Assembly (NCBI GenBank): GCA_964016885.1
Contig: OZ024741.1
Coordinates: forward strand, 40,176,001-40,240,000
Direction: 5' to 3'
Length of the DNA stretch: 64,000 nucleotides
Source: Eledone cirrhosa
Lineage: Eukaryota
Shown here: positions 1 through 16,000 of the stretch, in pieces
Layout: each line of letters starts with the position of its first letter
How positions within the stretch are numbered: the first letter of the stretch is position 1
The notes under the pieces: generated by a model
What the model was told of the DNA's origin: nothing
The model's database searches: none
Seen by the model: the letters and a program-made list of their open reading frames with translations, nothing else
Position numbers and translations under genes: made by a program

Positions 1-105
1 TATCGAGATATAAAAGATACAGAAGCGAAAACCTACCAAACAGTGAGTGTGTTATGTTATTATTTCTGGCAATATTATTACAACAATATGACCCTCCCCA
101 AGTAT

Positions 106-163
<58 letters not shown>

Positions 164-571
164 ACTGATATAAATCAAAATAAAATCATACTTTGTTTCA
201 TAAAAGCACAGTGAAAATCTGATGCGAAAATATCATACTTCATATCCTACGATATGATTATGGAAACAAATAATATATATGACGATGTCGGTAAGTAAAC
301 AAAACAGAAATTATTGCTTACATTATAAATATATTCTTGTTTATATTGTGGTTTAAAATCAAGAAAGAAAAACTATATATATCGGCGTTATTAGCTAAGC
401 TTAACAACACATGCAAGTTCTTTTTTCACCTCGAACTCCCAATGGATAATATTTATTTCATAGCACTAACTGACATGCATAATGATGATAACAATTGTCT
501 TAAATTTGCTGATTATCTGGTTTAATTATGGTAATTGATAAAGTGTTGTTTCTTTTTTTTTAACCACGATA

Positions 572-690
572 GTGAAGGCGCGTGGATAGGGGATTGGATT
601 CGCAATCGTGAGGTTGTGAGTTTGATCTCGGACCGGGTGATGCGATATGTCCTTGAGCAAGACACGTTGCTCATTCTGCCTGGAGTTGCG
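572..690 (+). mobile_element. tRNA-derived SINE fragment (family B)
   Basis: GAAGGCGCGTGG head, degenerate B-box (GAGTTTGATCTC) and TGTCCTTGAGCAAGACAC body. Similar sequence at 54958-55068 (+), 27240-27489 (-) and 36410-36500 (-). Confidence 0.6.
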
Positions 691-850
691 ACAGACAGAT
701 AGTATTAGTATTTGGAAAGACAAATGGAAACATAGTTTCCTCGGTCCGATTTGACGAGCTGCACCACACTCTTTAACCGAATGAGGTCTGCGACCTTGTC
801 GATCGACGATCGATATATATATATATGTGTGTGTGTGTGTGTATACATAT

Positions 851-982
851 CAGATAGGGTGTGGTAAAATACCAGGTGGACCATAACCCACCGGAGTACT
901 CGACTTGGGGTAGTAGAATGGGCAGAAAGAAAAGATTCAGGACTCCGATGGCTGAGCTCCGACCGTTCTGACAGCTAGATCC
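851..982 (-). mobile_element. Short Penelope-pLTR-like element (family F1) with decayed hammerhead 3' half
   Basis: Aligns by eye with 33571-33702 and with the reverse complement of 35123-35244 (GTGTGGTAA-ATACCA-GT-GACCATAAC-CACC...GGTAGTAGA-TGGG). Flanked by (AT)n. Confidence 0.6.
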
Positions 983-1183
983 ATATGTATATATATATCT
1001 GACCATACCTCTAGATTGTAAGGGGGGGGTCAAAATGTGACCTCATCTTCAGTGTCATGAAATTGTATGCAACAATTTTGTTCCGTGTATGAGCTTAAAT
1101 AAATAATCTAATATATCAGCTCTCTTCCCTGATTCACCATTGTTTTCCTTTTTCTTTTTTCGCACCCACGGATATTTTCTAAA

Positions 1184-1291
<108 letters not shown>

Positions 1292-1427
1292 ATTAGGTGA
1301 GTAATTGTAGTTACTAACGGCGGCGCTGGCCGAAGCACTCGATACTGTTGCTGTGTCCATCTCATGTATATAAAACGAACACGGGGCATATGTCAACAGT
1401 TTGGAGGGGACCACACATGTAACCTCT

Positions 1428-1514
1428 CATATTTGAAGAAGTGGCTATTAAGAGTCGGGATCTGATGACAAGATAACACCGGAACTGATCGATATAGAAA
1501 CAAATTGTAACATG
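1428..1514 (+). ncRNA. Degenerate type I hammerhead-like motif
   Basis: catat-TTGAAGA-[long stem II region]-GAAAC-aaatt-GTA-acatg, then AATAAA and (AT)n. Resembles the 5394-5481 motif. The core C is mutated to T. Confidence 0.4.
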
Positions 1515-1550
1515 TAATAAAGTTTACAAAAAGCTGCAATTCTTATTGCT

Positions 1551-2088
<538 letters not shown>

Positions 2089-2281
2089 CGTATTATAGTT
2101 CGCTTGAAGCATTATAGAATATGAAAATAAGGTAGTTAAATAAACCAGTACAATGCAGAGGAGGTTGTGTAAATAATGATGTAATAGAGTTAGTCAAGAG
2201 GCGTACGGATGACCGGAAAGAAGAGAGAGGAAATACGAACTAGAAACGATAAATATTATTACATTGCTATATTTATCATTG

Positions 2282-2318
2282 CTGATATATTTCGGAGTTA
2301 AATATCCATCGTCAAAAG
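2282..2318 (-). ncRNA. Degenerate hammerhead-like motif
   Basis: Minus strand reads TTGACGA-t-GGA-tatttaac-TCC-GAAAT-at-ATC-ag. The core C is mutated to T and stem I is poor. Confidence 0.35.
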
Positions 2319-2806
2319 ACTTGTTGGGTGCTTTGGATAGCACTAACAGCAGCACTATTAATGCAGTAGCAATAGAAACATCATCTACAAGAAAAGTGAA
2401 AGCAAAGGATTTAACCATATGAAAAACCCACCATACCAAATCTGGAAACATTCCTATAAAAAAAAACAGCCATTTTACAGGTTTCCTTTTTAAATTATAA
2501 CCTAATTGTCTATATTTATATAATAGGCACTTGTTCCGTTATGTCATAAATACTATTTTAGTGATGAAAATTTAAAAGTCTACTCCAAATTCTTCGTTAA
2601 ATAAGTGAAATATAGTGTCTATCATTAGAAATATGTTAACGTGTTTATTTGTAGATATGTCGCAGTTGTTGATTTTACGATGTTGCTATCTTTGTTGCAA
2701 GCGGTACTTATGACTATTGCTGTTGCTATGGCAGCCATGTTGTTTGCTTCTCTATTTGCATATGTATGTAAGTGTGCGTATATATACAAACATATGTATG
2801 TATGTA

Positions 2807-4230
<1,424 letters not shown>

Positions 4231-4410
4231 CAAGTAGATGCATCTCAGTATCTGCCAGTATACATGTCTAAATACACGTAGGTATAGATTAATGTAGATA
4301 TGAATACACAAACATATTTCTAATGCATCTGTTTCCTCTTAAAATATATGTGTCGGCCATGTTGGTTTTTTTCCGATTCCTCGTAGATTGTTTTAACAGC
4401 TTCATGGAAG

Positions 4411-4580
4411 ATAATTGTTTCTACTTTTTGGCACAAGGCCAGCAATTATCCCAGTGTATTACTAGTACTTTATTTTATCGATCCCGTAAGGATAAAAGGC
4501 AAAGTTAACCTCGGCAGGATTTTAACTCAGACCACAAAGGGACGTAACTCTATGTTGCAAAGCATGGCGTCCGACCCTCT
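4411..4580 (-). mobile_element. tRNA-derived SINE (family A)
   Basis: Reverse strand reads AGAGGGTCGGACGCCATGC...GAGTTAAATCC (B-box)...GCCTTTTATCCTTACGGGATCGATAAAATAAAGTAC...CTTGTGCCAAAAAGTAGAAAC-AATTAT. About ten copies in the window. Confidence 0.85.
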
Positions 4581-4717
4581 GAATAATATACTGAATAATA
4601 TCTATCCGGGATCTTTATGAAAAGCACTCTATAGACTATTGATTTTCATTTTTAAGGTTGGCTAGAAACTAGAAGATATATATAACTATATACATATATA
4701 TGTATATAGTTTTTTTT

Positions 4718-4749
<32 letters not shown>

Positions 4750-5211
4750 CTATTTATTTATACATATATATATATATACTATTTATTTATACATATATAT
4801 ATATATACTATTTATATATATATATAGTATCTGCAGTAAAATCGGACAGAAATTTCATCCCTACATCTTCAGCCACTTGCTGGCATGCTATTTGGTGCAT
4901 TAGAGTGAGCATGCACTAGTAACAGCGTTAGTGCAAGAGGTTGGAAAACTGTTCTGTCGGTAAGGTGCATGTGAGACAATATTGTACAAAAGAATGGACA
5001 GAAAAATGTACGTGTTTCAACATATGTAGGTATTTATGCTAAATTCCTAGAAAAGATCTTGTTTTCCTTCCCTGATTAAGAGGATAATTTTAATAAAGAA
5101 GAATTTATCGTCGTGTTCACCATTTAACTTGCTTGTCCTACCCTCATTCATGTTACTAGCTCCTTGGAGTTATATTTGCTTAGTCTCAATTTAATTTTAC
5201 AATTTTAATTT

Positions 5212-5258
<47 letters not shown>

Positions 5259-5393
5259 TAGTAGAGGGGCAATTAAATTGCATTCACAGGCGGTATGCAA
5301 GATGAATACTCGATGCTCTTGTGTAACAGAGTATCAATAATAATATATATGGGAACAAAGAATCAGTATTGCATCATATACATATTTAATTAT

Positions 5394-5481
5394 ATATTAC
5401 ACATGTTTCACCGCCGATCAGCTCGAGGAACAATCGAATAATGTTTATTCCCGACACTGTCATCAGAAGCTCCTCAGATAT
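5394..5481 (-). ncRNA. Type I hammerhead ribozyme motif with long stem II
   Basis: atat-CTGAGGA-gcttctgat..cag...ctg-atcggcggt-GAAAC-atgt-GTA-atat. Stem I is 4 bp and the stem III region is palindromic (ACATGT). Confidence 0.6.
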
Positions 5482-5663
5482 GTGTTCTCACATGTAGACT
5501 CACGTCCAAATGTTGTTGAATTTTTAAACACCCGATTCGTTAATTTAGGCTGCCACAGACTTTGGTAGAGGAAATGTGTTATCGTCGATTTTATCATGCT
5601 AAATTCTGTTTGGTCAAATCCCAGTGGGTAGGTGACCTAGAATTCAGCAAAGGCTGGTCAAGA

Positions 5664-6155
<492 letters not shown>

Positions 6156-6190
6156 ACTGCCAATCCACCATATTATTAATTATGAATAAC

Positions 6191-6354
6191 TGTTTCTACT
6201 TTTGGCACAAGGCCAACAATTATCCAGTGCATTACTGGTACTTTATTTTATCGACCTCATAAGGATGAAAGGCAAAATTAACCCCTCGGCAGGATTTGAA
6301 CACATAACTCTATGCTGAAAAGCATGGTGCCTAACGCTCTAACGATACTGCCAA
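6191..6354 (-). mobile_element. SINE family A
   Basis: Same motifs as 4411-4580, with an internal deletion. Confidence 0.8.
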
Positions 6355-6600
6355 TAGATATGATATTTTCTATCATTTATAAATCAAACGGAAATATTAC
6401 GTCATTTTTGACGACACGTGAACACTAGAAAGTAATTAATATGTACATAGTGAAATGTATATTTGTGAAGAGGGATTCATGTTCAACATGCGTATCTCTT
6501 CGTAATCCGATAATTTAGAAAACATCTCTCCCACGATATAGGTTATTACAATAAAGACTTTCTGACAAGTGTCATATATACGTATGTCTAATATACGCCT

Positions 6601-6644
<44 letters not shown>

Positions 6645-6680
6645 CATACATATATATATATAATATATGCACACACACAT

Positions 6681-6801
<121 letters not shown>

Positions 6802-6986
6802 CGTGTGCTCGTGACTAATCTACATGTCTCTGCCTCCATGTATCGTATATTTATTCTTGTTATTTCTATGTAAAATCTACCATGACTTCCCATGACGGTG
6901 TACTGTTATACTATATAGTATCTAATATACTGTATTTACTATATTAAGTTATCACTGATGTTCATATACAGTCATATAGATGTGAC

Positions 6987-7034
<48 letters not shown>

Positions 7035-7041
<7 letters not shown>

Positions 7042-7094
7042 ATATAGAAAAGCTTCTATAGGACTAGAACTGTTTCATTTGGGAGAAATCATCA
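7035..7094 (-). mobile_element. 5'-truncated copy of the 44.2-kb hammerhead element
   Basis: TATTTAATATAGAAAAGCTTCTATAGGACTAGAACTGTTTCATTTGGGAGAAATCATCA nearly matches 44204-44264. Embedded in (AT)n. Confidence 0.8.
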
Positions 7095-7252
7095 TATATA
7101 TATTTATATATATATATATACTGCATATATACATATATACATATATATATTGCAAGAGATGTCAACATGAATGGACCTATTATTTTTATCTAAAGACATT
7201 CTTTCCAATTCCATCCCGCCCGTCCCCTCAATCTATCTTATTACTCATTCTT

Positions 7253-7288
7253 TCTTCTGATGAAGGACTAGCGTCCGAAACGTTAAGA
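7253..7288 (+). ncRNA. Minimal type I hammerhead ribozyme (Penelope pLTR type)
   Basis: tctt-CTGATGA-a-GGAC-tagc-GTCC-GAAACGTT-aaga: perfect core, 4-bp stems I and II, palindromic AACGTT stem III. The downstream tail 7290-7376 matches 44098-44183, and a decayed relative is at 55280-55313. Confidence 0.8.
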
Positions 7289-7375
7289 CCCTCTTCCTGC
7301 TATATCAAGCGTTAACCTAATATATACCTTCCATATACTGTACCGATTGTGTTGTTATTTCTGTTTACCTTTTTC

Positions 7376-7469
<94 letters not shown>

Positions 7470-7625
7470 GTGATACTCTTCTTTCTTTAACTATATATAT
7501 ATATAGAGAGAGTTAAAGAAAGAAGAGTAACATGGTTGGCTGTACAATAAGGGCTTTATTTAAAGTACTGACAATTGTTTCGTTGCTCAGGATTACTGGA
7601 TTACCTATAACGAAAACTTGTTGTC

Positions 7626-7669
<44 letters not shown>

Positions 7670-7699
7670 AGAGAGAAAGAGAGAGAGAGAGGGGGAGTA

Positions 7700-7925
7700 A
7701 ATACTCTTCGATTACGAATGACCATAGGATTTGCACCTAGAAAGTTGCCCCAGGAGGCACAAGTTCGGGCAAGGTTGTTAGTGGAGGAGCAACAGTAGCC
7801 CACGTATACGTAATACAGGTTGGTACCAGTGACATCACGACTTACTTCTACATTAAGTGAACTAGATTCGAACTCATAACCTCATGATTGTATGCCCAAC
7901 GCTCTAACCACTAAGCGATGCGCCA
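7700..7925 (-). mobile_element. tRNA-derived SINE (decayed)
   Basis: Minus-strand head GGCGCATCGCTTAGTGGTTAGAGCG...GAGTTCGAATC carries A- and B-boxes. Confidence 0.6.
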
Positions 7926-8010
7926 TTGGTTTGTAGTGCTGGCATCATTTGCTGAGCACCCCTCCCCTTATCAATTCTTTGTTTATATTTTTCTGTAACC
8001 CAGATATTTA

Positions 8011-8089
8011 TTGCATCTGATGACGTCGACGAATGTCTTCCGTCATGGTCTGATGGCGGAAGCCGACCACAGAAATACGTTTTATGTAA
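8011..8089 (+). ncRNA. Hammerhead-like motif with extended stem II
   Basis: ttgcat-CTGATGA-cgtcg..CTTCCGTCAT/ATGGCGGAAG..cgac-GAAAT..-atgtaa. Stem I pairs, but the cleavage-site region is irregular. Confidence 0.45.
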
Positions 8090-8312
8090 TCCTACAACAT
8101 TAAGAGAAGATATTGGAATCCAGCCTTCTTTTATTTTGATTCAGCTATTTAACTCCGTTCCTGCACCAATCACGTGATACCACATCTATGACTGAAGAAA
8201 CGTATAACGTCACGATCTGTTAATCGGAATGACAGGATCACAAACGCAGTTACCTATTAGTTAAACCATCCAAAGTAACCGGAAAATAGTATGTATACTG
8301 TATATGTATGTA

Positions 8313-8348
8313 TGTTCTTCTGGTTTTATAATTTCACAAATGTTTACC
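8313..8348 (-). mobile_element. Extreme 3' end of the R4/Dong-like LINE within (TATG)n
   Basis: TTCTTCTGGTTTTATAATTTCACAAAT is the reverse complement of the terminus at 62684-62710. Confidence 0.8.
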
Positions 8349-8512
8349 GTATGTATGTATGTTTGTATGTTTGTATGTATGTATCTATCTATGTATGGAT
8401 GGATGGATCTGTTACAGGTTCGTGTGGCTGGCCGTAGCCTAAAAGTACACCAATTCTGTAATCTGACAAACGATTGCAATACTCTTAGCAGAGTTTGTAG
8501 CCAGCCATCATG

Positions 8513-8546
<34 letters not shown>

Positions 8547-8580
8547 TGTATGTATGTATGTATGTATGTATGTATGTATG

Positions 8581-9215
8581 TCAGGTCACCAGTTGGTGCT
8601 ACTGGTAACATGTATCCCAGTACAACCTGTCTCATGGTCGGGTCGTTGGCGACTAAACTGGCAACCCCACCAAGGTTTCTTGGTGAGGAGGGTGACTTTG
8701 GACATCCTGCAGGACTAAAAACAAAACCTGTCAAAGGGCAAAGGAGCTCTTAAGAGTCAATGGCCATCCAAAATCACCGGGAGAGATGACCCCTTAGCCT
8801 TTGTCAAGGCAGAATTCTAGGAGAAGGAAAACTCTGATATAACACCTGCAATTCTGATGGTATCCAATGATGTTGACTTGTTCTTCTTTTTGGTAAATAT
8901 CATCTTGGTTAAGAGAGTGGGACTGGCTTTGTGCAGTGCCTTTGCTCACTATAAAAGCTTCACGGCACAGGCATTGCTTTATATCTGGAGATCTCTCTGC
9001 ACTTGTCATCACATGGTACCATGGGCCCAGCACTATGTGTCAATAATTGTCACAGGTGTAGTGTTTGTACCAGAGTTTTCAAGTTGCTGGCTGGACTAAA
9101 AAGCCACACTCGTTCAGCGCATCGGTAGTTCTCCTACATGGATATAAAGTAGTGGCCATACTCGAAAACGAGTTGGCAGCCACCATGTATGCATATATGT
9201 GTGTATGTATGTGTG
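8581..9215 (+). mobile_element. Bipartite non-autonomous RTE derivative (5'UTR-like part + last C2H2 finger/3'UTR + TATG tail)
   Basis: Contains the RTE-5'UTR-like motif CTAGGAGAAGGAAAACTCTGA. 9050-9128 translates HRCSVCTRVFKLLAGLKSHTRSAHR*, homologous to the RTE C-terminus ([11 protein letters not shown] at ~58970). Ends with a CTCG-AAAA-CGAG hairpin and TATG tail. A close copy is at 62924-63360 (-). Confidence 0.75.
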
Positions 9216-9673
9216 TATATATGTATATATATATCTATGATTCCAATCGTGACCATCCCCACTGAAAGTTTCGTGAAATAGTCTTTTTAAGACTATATAG
9301 AGCATTTGAAGTTTTTCCAAATGAAGGATGAGTATTTAAACTTTATTTTATTCAGAGTTAAGGCTCTATTGATTTTTCCCTGGATTTTACAAAATTCTAT
9401 GGATAAATCTATGTCTTTATTTTTTTTTAATTGAGTTTGAATTATTTTCCCACATCTTACGCTAATTATTTCCCATTTTGACGTTATAGTCGCTTATATA
9501 TATTATGAAATACTGTTGGCTTCACGCTCACAATAATTTCTATACTTTCATTTATATATATATATATATTGGTAAAATGTGTGAGATCCTTGGTACAGTT
9601 AGGTATATTTGAAAGAAAGGAAAAGAATGACTTCACTTGTAGTGTTAAAACATTTTTGATTTAATTTTATAAT

Positions 9674-9840
9674 AGGGTAGGACGCCATGCTTTGACGCAT
9701 AGAGTTACGGCCCTTTCCATTCTGAGTTCAAATCCCGCTGAGGTCAACTTTGCCTTTCATCCTTAAGGGGTCGATAAAATAAAGTACCAGTAATGTACTG
9801 GAGTAATTGCTGGCCTTGTGCCAAAAGTAGAAACAATTAT
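9674..9840 (+). mobile_element. SINE family A
   Basis: GAGTTCAAATCCC B-box, GCCTTTCATCC...GGTCGATAAAATAAAGTACCAG body, CTTGTGCCAAAAGTAGAAAC end. Confidence 0.85.
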
Positions 9841-10073
9841 AATAATATGAGCTGGTAGATATATATATATATAATTTTTTTCTATTATTATTATTGTCGT
9901 TATTGTTAGTATTATATTGATTTTTTTGTTTTTTACTCGTGCAATGGCCATACTCGATAACGAGGAGGTAGCCAACATGCATGTATGTATGTATATATGT
10001 ATGAAACAAGAAACGACCGTGATGAAAATGTTTAAACACGAAAACAATATCTACTCTGTTATTCTTTTGTCGA

Positions 10074-10285
10074 TTGGCAGAATCGGTAGAGCGTCGGACA
10101 AAATGCTTTGCAGTAATTAGTTATGGCCCTTTACGTTCTGTGTTCAAATCCCGCCGAGGTTAGCTTTGCCTTTCATTCTTACGGAGTCGATAAAATAAAA
10201 TACCAGCCACACACTGGTGTCGATTTAATCGACTTTCCCCTTCCCCAAAACTGTTGACCTTGTCCCTAAATCAGAAACTATTATT
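10074..10285 (+). mobile_element. SINE family A (long variant)
   Basis: TGGCAGAATCGGTAGAGCG A-box region, GTTCAAATCC B-box and the same body. Confidence 0.85.
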
Positions 10286-10289
10286 TTAA

Positions 10290-10735
<446 letters not shown>

Positions 10736-11133
10736 AATGTAATAACACTCCATTTTGCTAAGAATGCCATATACTAGACAGGTATAGTTTCGATCTTTGC
10801 TTAAATACAGTTCTCACTTTAACTTACATTAAGGATTTCTTCCAGACAAATACTATGTAAAAACAAATAGCAAAGAAACAAACATATCCCACGACACGCA
10901 GTCCATCAGTCTCATGTTCTTCTCAATAATTCCGTGCCATTGTGTCTGACAATTGCAAAGATCCGTGATGCCTCAAAGGCCGATGTTCTTCTGTTAAGCA
11001 AACACACCACTCTTTTCTTGCTCTCGCTCGCTCTTCCTCCCTTCCTCTCTATATATACACGTATATAAATACACACAAACACACACACATACACACTTAT
11101 ATATATATATATATCTATATATATATATATATA

Positions 11134-11181
<48 letters not shown>

Positions 11182-11458
11182 CATATACATATATGTATAC
11201 CCCTTTTTCCTTCTTTTTTCCCCTCTCTCCATTTTCTCTTCTCTCCCTTTCTCTCTATCTCTCTCTTTCTCTCGTTCAATATACGACTTCTTTTGTTTGC
11301 TTGCTCGTCCGTTTACATCGATTGAGGTCACAGCCTGTAAAGATATCCTCCTCAACGAGACGGCGTGGAGGCGATCTCTGTGCAGCTTGCTCTCAGCTCG
11401 CTCCATCTGTCATCCATCGTTGGCACGAGACACACCGACACACACACACCCAGCTATT

Positions 11459-11589
<131 letters not shown>

Positions 11590-11803
11590 CAAACGCGCGC
11601 AAACACAAACATATATATATACATCCTCATATATACACACACACACACATATATATATGTCTGTGTGTGTGTGTGTGTGCGCGCGCGCGTAAGTGTGTAA
11701 ATGTGTATGTGTGTGTATATATATATATATATGTGTGTGTGTAAATGTGTATGTGTGTCTATATATATATATGTGTGTGTGTGTGTAAATGTGTATGTGT
11801 GTC

Positions 11804-11836
<33 letters not shown>

Positions 11837-11853
11837 AAATGTGTATGTGTGTC

Positions 11854-11884
<31 letters not shown>

Positions 11885-11972
11885 AAATGTGTATGTGTGT
11901 CTATATATATATATATATGTGAGTGTGTGTGTATGTATACTGAGATATAGTAAAATATAGTTGATTATTTGT

Positions 11973-12141
11973 CTGTCTGTGTGTCTGTGTGTCTGCCATC
12001 CCTCTCAAGCCACCACCATCCCCTTGTGTCTGTGTGTCTGTGTGTCTGCCATCCCTCTCAAGCCACCACCATCCCCTTATGTCTGTGTGTCTGTGTGTCT
12101 GCCATCCCTCTCAAGCCACCACCATCCCCTTATGTCTGTGT
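11973..12141. repeat. 53-bp minisatellite, 3 copies
   Basis: GTCTGCCATCCCTCTCAAGCCACCACCATCCCCTT recurs at 11991, 12044 and 12097. Confidence 0.95.
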
Positions 12142-12228
12142 TTATTCTTAATTTTCATCAACAATTAAGTGACACGATTAAAGGGGTATGAGGGATTTTT
12201 AGTTGATTAACAACAACAACTACAACAA

Positions 12229-12665
12229 CAGCACCACCACCACCGGCTACAGCAGCAACACCGAGCAGCACCACCACCGGCTACAGCAGCAACACTGAGC
12301 TGCACCACCACCGGCTACAGCAGCAACACTGAGCAGCACCACCACCGGATACAGCAGCAACACTGAGCAGCACCACCACCGGCTACAGCAGCAACACCGA
12401 GCAGCACCACCACCGGCTACAGCAGCAACACCGAGCACCACCACCACCGGCTACAGCAGCAACACTGCGCTGCACCACCGGATACAGCAGCAACACTGAG
12501 CTGCACCACCACCGGCTACAGCAGCAACACTGAGCTGCACCACCACCGGCTACCGCAGCAACACTGAGCTGCACCACCACCGGATACAGCAGCAACAACA
12601 ACAGCAGCACCACCACCGGCTACAGCAGCAACACCGAGCTGCACCACCACCGGCTACCGCAGCAG
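12229..12665. repeat. 34-bp GC-rich minisatellite, ~12 copies
   Basis: Unit CACCACCACCGGCTACAGCAGCAACACTGAGCAG, with GGCTAC at 12245, 12279, etc. Confidence 0.95.
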
Positions 12666-12780
12666 CAGAAAACTATAGAAGGTTGTAACAACAAAAATAA
12701 CTGATATAAGAATAACAATGACAATAATAACAACTACAACAAAAACAACAACAATAACGACAACTATTAGATCAGCTACA

Positions 12781-12915
12781 ACAACAATAACATCAGGAAC
12801 TGTAAAACAACAACAACAATAACATCAGGAACTGTAAAACAACAACAACAATAACATCAGGACCTGTAAAACAACAACAACAATAACATCAGGAACTGTA
12901 AAACAACAACAACAA
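12781..12915. repeat. 32-bp minisatellite, 4 copies
   Basis: Unit ACAACAATAACATCAGGAACTGTAAAACAACA. Confidence 0.95.
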
Positions 12916-13064
12916 TAACAATAACAACTCCAAAAAAATAGCAAACTATAATAACAAATATAACGGCAACTATAGTAAAAACACCAATAACAACAGCAAC
13001 AACATCAACAACAATAACACCAACATCTATAGCTAAAACAACTGTAACAATTCTAACAGCAAGG

Positions 13065-16000
13065 GCGACAGCAATAGCAACACCAATAGCTACAACAATA
13101 GCAACACCAATAGCTACAGCAATAGCAACACCAACAGCAAGAGCAATACCAACACCAATAGCAACACCAATAGCAACACCAATAGCAACACCAATAGCTA
13201 CAGCAATAGTAACACCAACAGCAACAGCAATACCAACACCAATATCAACACCAATAGCAACACCAATAGCAACACCAACAGCAACAGCAATACCAACACC
13301 AATAGCAACACCAATAGCAACACCAATAGCAACACCAACAGCTACAGCAATTGAAACACCAATAGCAACAGCAATAGCAACACCAATAGCAACAGCAATA
13401 GAAACACCAATAGCAACACCAATAGCAACAGCAATAGAAACACCAATAGCAACACCAACAGCAACAGCAATACCGACACCAATAGCAACACCAACAGCAA
13501 CACCAATAGCAACACCAATGACAACAGCAACACCAATAGCAACACCAATAGCAACAGCAATATAAACACCAATAGCAACACCAACAGCAACACCAATAGG
13601 AACACCAATAACAACAGCAACAGCAATAGCAACACCAACAGCAACAGCAATAGCAACACCAATAGCAACAGCAATAGCAACACCAATAGCAACAGCAATA
13701 CCAACACCAACAGCAACAGCAATAGCAACACCAATAGCAACAGCAATAGCAACAGCAACAGCAACAGCAATAGCAACATCAATAGCAACAGCAATAGCAA
13801 CACCAACAGCAACAGCAATACCAACACCAATAGCAACAGCAATAGCAACACCAATAGCAACAGCAATAGCAACACCAACAGCAATAGCAACAGCAATACC
13901 AACACCAATAGCAACAGCAATACCAACACCAACAGCAACAGCAATACCAACACCAACACCAACAGCAATAGCAACACCAATAGCAACAGCAATACCAACA
14001 CCAACAGCAACAGCAATACCAACACCAATAGCAACAGCAATAGCAACACCAACAGCAACAGCAATAGCAACACCAACAGCAACAGCAACAGCAATACCAA
14101 CACCAATAACAACAGCAACAGCAATAGCAACACCAATAGCAACAGCAATAGCAACAGCAACAGCAACAGCAATAGCAACAGCAACAGCAACAGCAATAGC
14201 AACACCAACAGCAACAGCAATACCAACACCAACAGCAACAGCAATACCAACACCAACAGCAATAGCAACACCAACAGCAACAGCAATACCAACACCAACA
14301 CCAACAGCAATAGCAACACCAATAGCAACAGCAATACCAACACCAACAGCAACAGCAATACCAACACCAATAGCAACAGCAATGGCAACACCAACAGCAA
14401 CAGCAATAGCAACACCAACAGCAACAGCAATAGCAACACCAACAGCAACAGCAATACCAACACCAACAGCAACAGCAATAGCAGCACCAACAGCAATAGC
14501 AACAGCAATACCAACACCAATAGCAACAGCAATAGCAACACCAATAGCAACAGAAATAGCAACACCAACAGCAACAGCAATACCAACACCAACTGCAACA
14601 GCAATAGCAACAACAATAGCAACAGAAATAGCAACACCAACAGCAACAGCAATACCAACACCAACAGCAACAGCAATAGCAACACCAATAGCAACAGAAA
14701 TAGCAACACCAACAGCAACAGCAATACCAACACCAACAGCAACAGCAATAGCAACACCAATAGCAACAGAAATAGCAACACCAACAGCAACAGCAATACC
14801 AACACCAACAGCAACAGCAATAGCAACACCAATAGCAACAGCAATAGCAACAGCAACAGCAACAGCAATAGCAACACCAATAGCAACAGCAATAGCAACA
14901 GCAACAGCAACAGCAATAGCAACACCAATAGCAACAGAAATAGCAACAGCAATAGCAACACCAACAGCAATAGCAACACCAACGGCAACAGCAATAGCAA
15001 CACCAACAGCAACAGCAATACCAACACCAACACCAACAGCAATAGCAACACAAATAGCAACAACAATACCAACACCAACAGCAACAGCAATACCAACACC
15101 AATAGCAACAGCAATAGCAACACCAACATCAACAGCAATAGCAACACCAACAGCAATAGCAACATCAACAGCAACAGCAATACCAACACCAACAGCAACA
15201 GCAATAGCAACACCAACAGCAATAGCAACAGCAACAGCAATACCAACACCAACAGCAACAGCAATAGCAACACCAACAGCAATAGCAACACCAACAGCAA
15301 CAGCAATACCAACACCAATAGCAACAGCAATAGCAACACCAATAGCAACAGAAATAGCAACACCAACATCAACAGCAATACCAACACCAACAGCAACAGC
15401 AATAGCAACACCAACAGCAACAGCAATACCAACACCAATAGCAACAGCAATACCAACACCAACAGCAACAGCAATACCAACACCAATAGCAACAGCAATA
15501 GCAACACCAACAGCAACAGCAATAGCAACACCAACAGCAACAGCAACAGCAATACCAACACCAATAACAACAGCAACAGCAATAGCAACACCAATAGCAA
15601 CAGCAATAGCAACAGCAACAGCAACAGCAATAGCAACAGCAACAGCAACAGCAATAGCAACACCAACAGCAACAGCAATACCAACACCAACAGCAACAGC
15701 AATACCAACACCAACAGCAATAGCAACACCAACAGCAACAGCAATACCAACACCAACACCAACAGCAATAGCAACACCAATAGCAACAGCAATACCAACA
15801 CCAACAGCAACAGCAATACCAACACCAATAGCAACAGCAATGGCAACACCAACAGCAACAGCAATAGCAACACCAACAGCAACAGCAATAGCAACACCAA
15901 CAGCAACAGCAATACCAACACCAACAGCAACAGCAATAGCAACACCAACAGCAATAGCAACAGCAATACCAACACCAATAGCAACAGCAATAGCAACACC

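Noticed and set aside
2194-2453. 85-aa hydrophobic ORF with an upstream acceptor-like TTTTTTTATAG as a host exon
   Set aside because: No recognisable domain. It reads through a decayed hammerhead motif, so it is more likely a Penelope-like terminal remnant.
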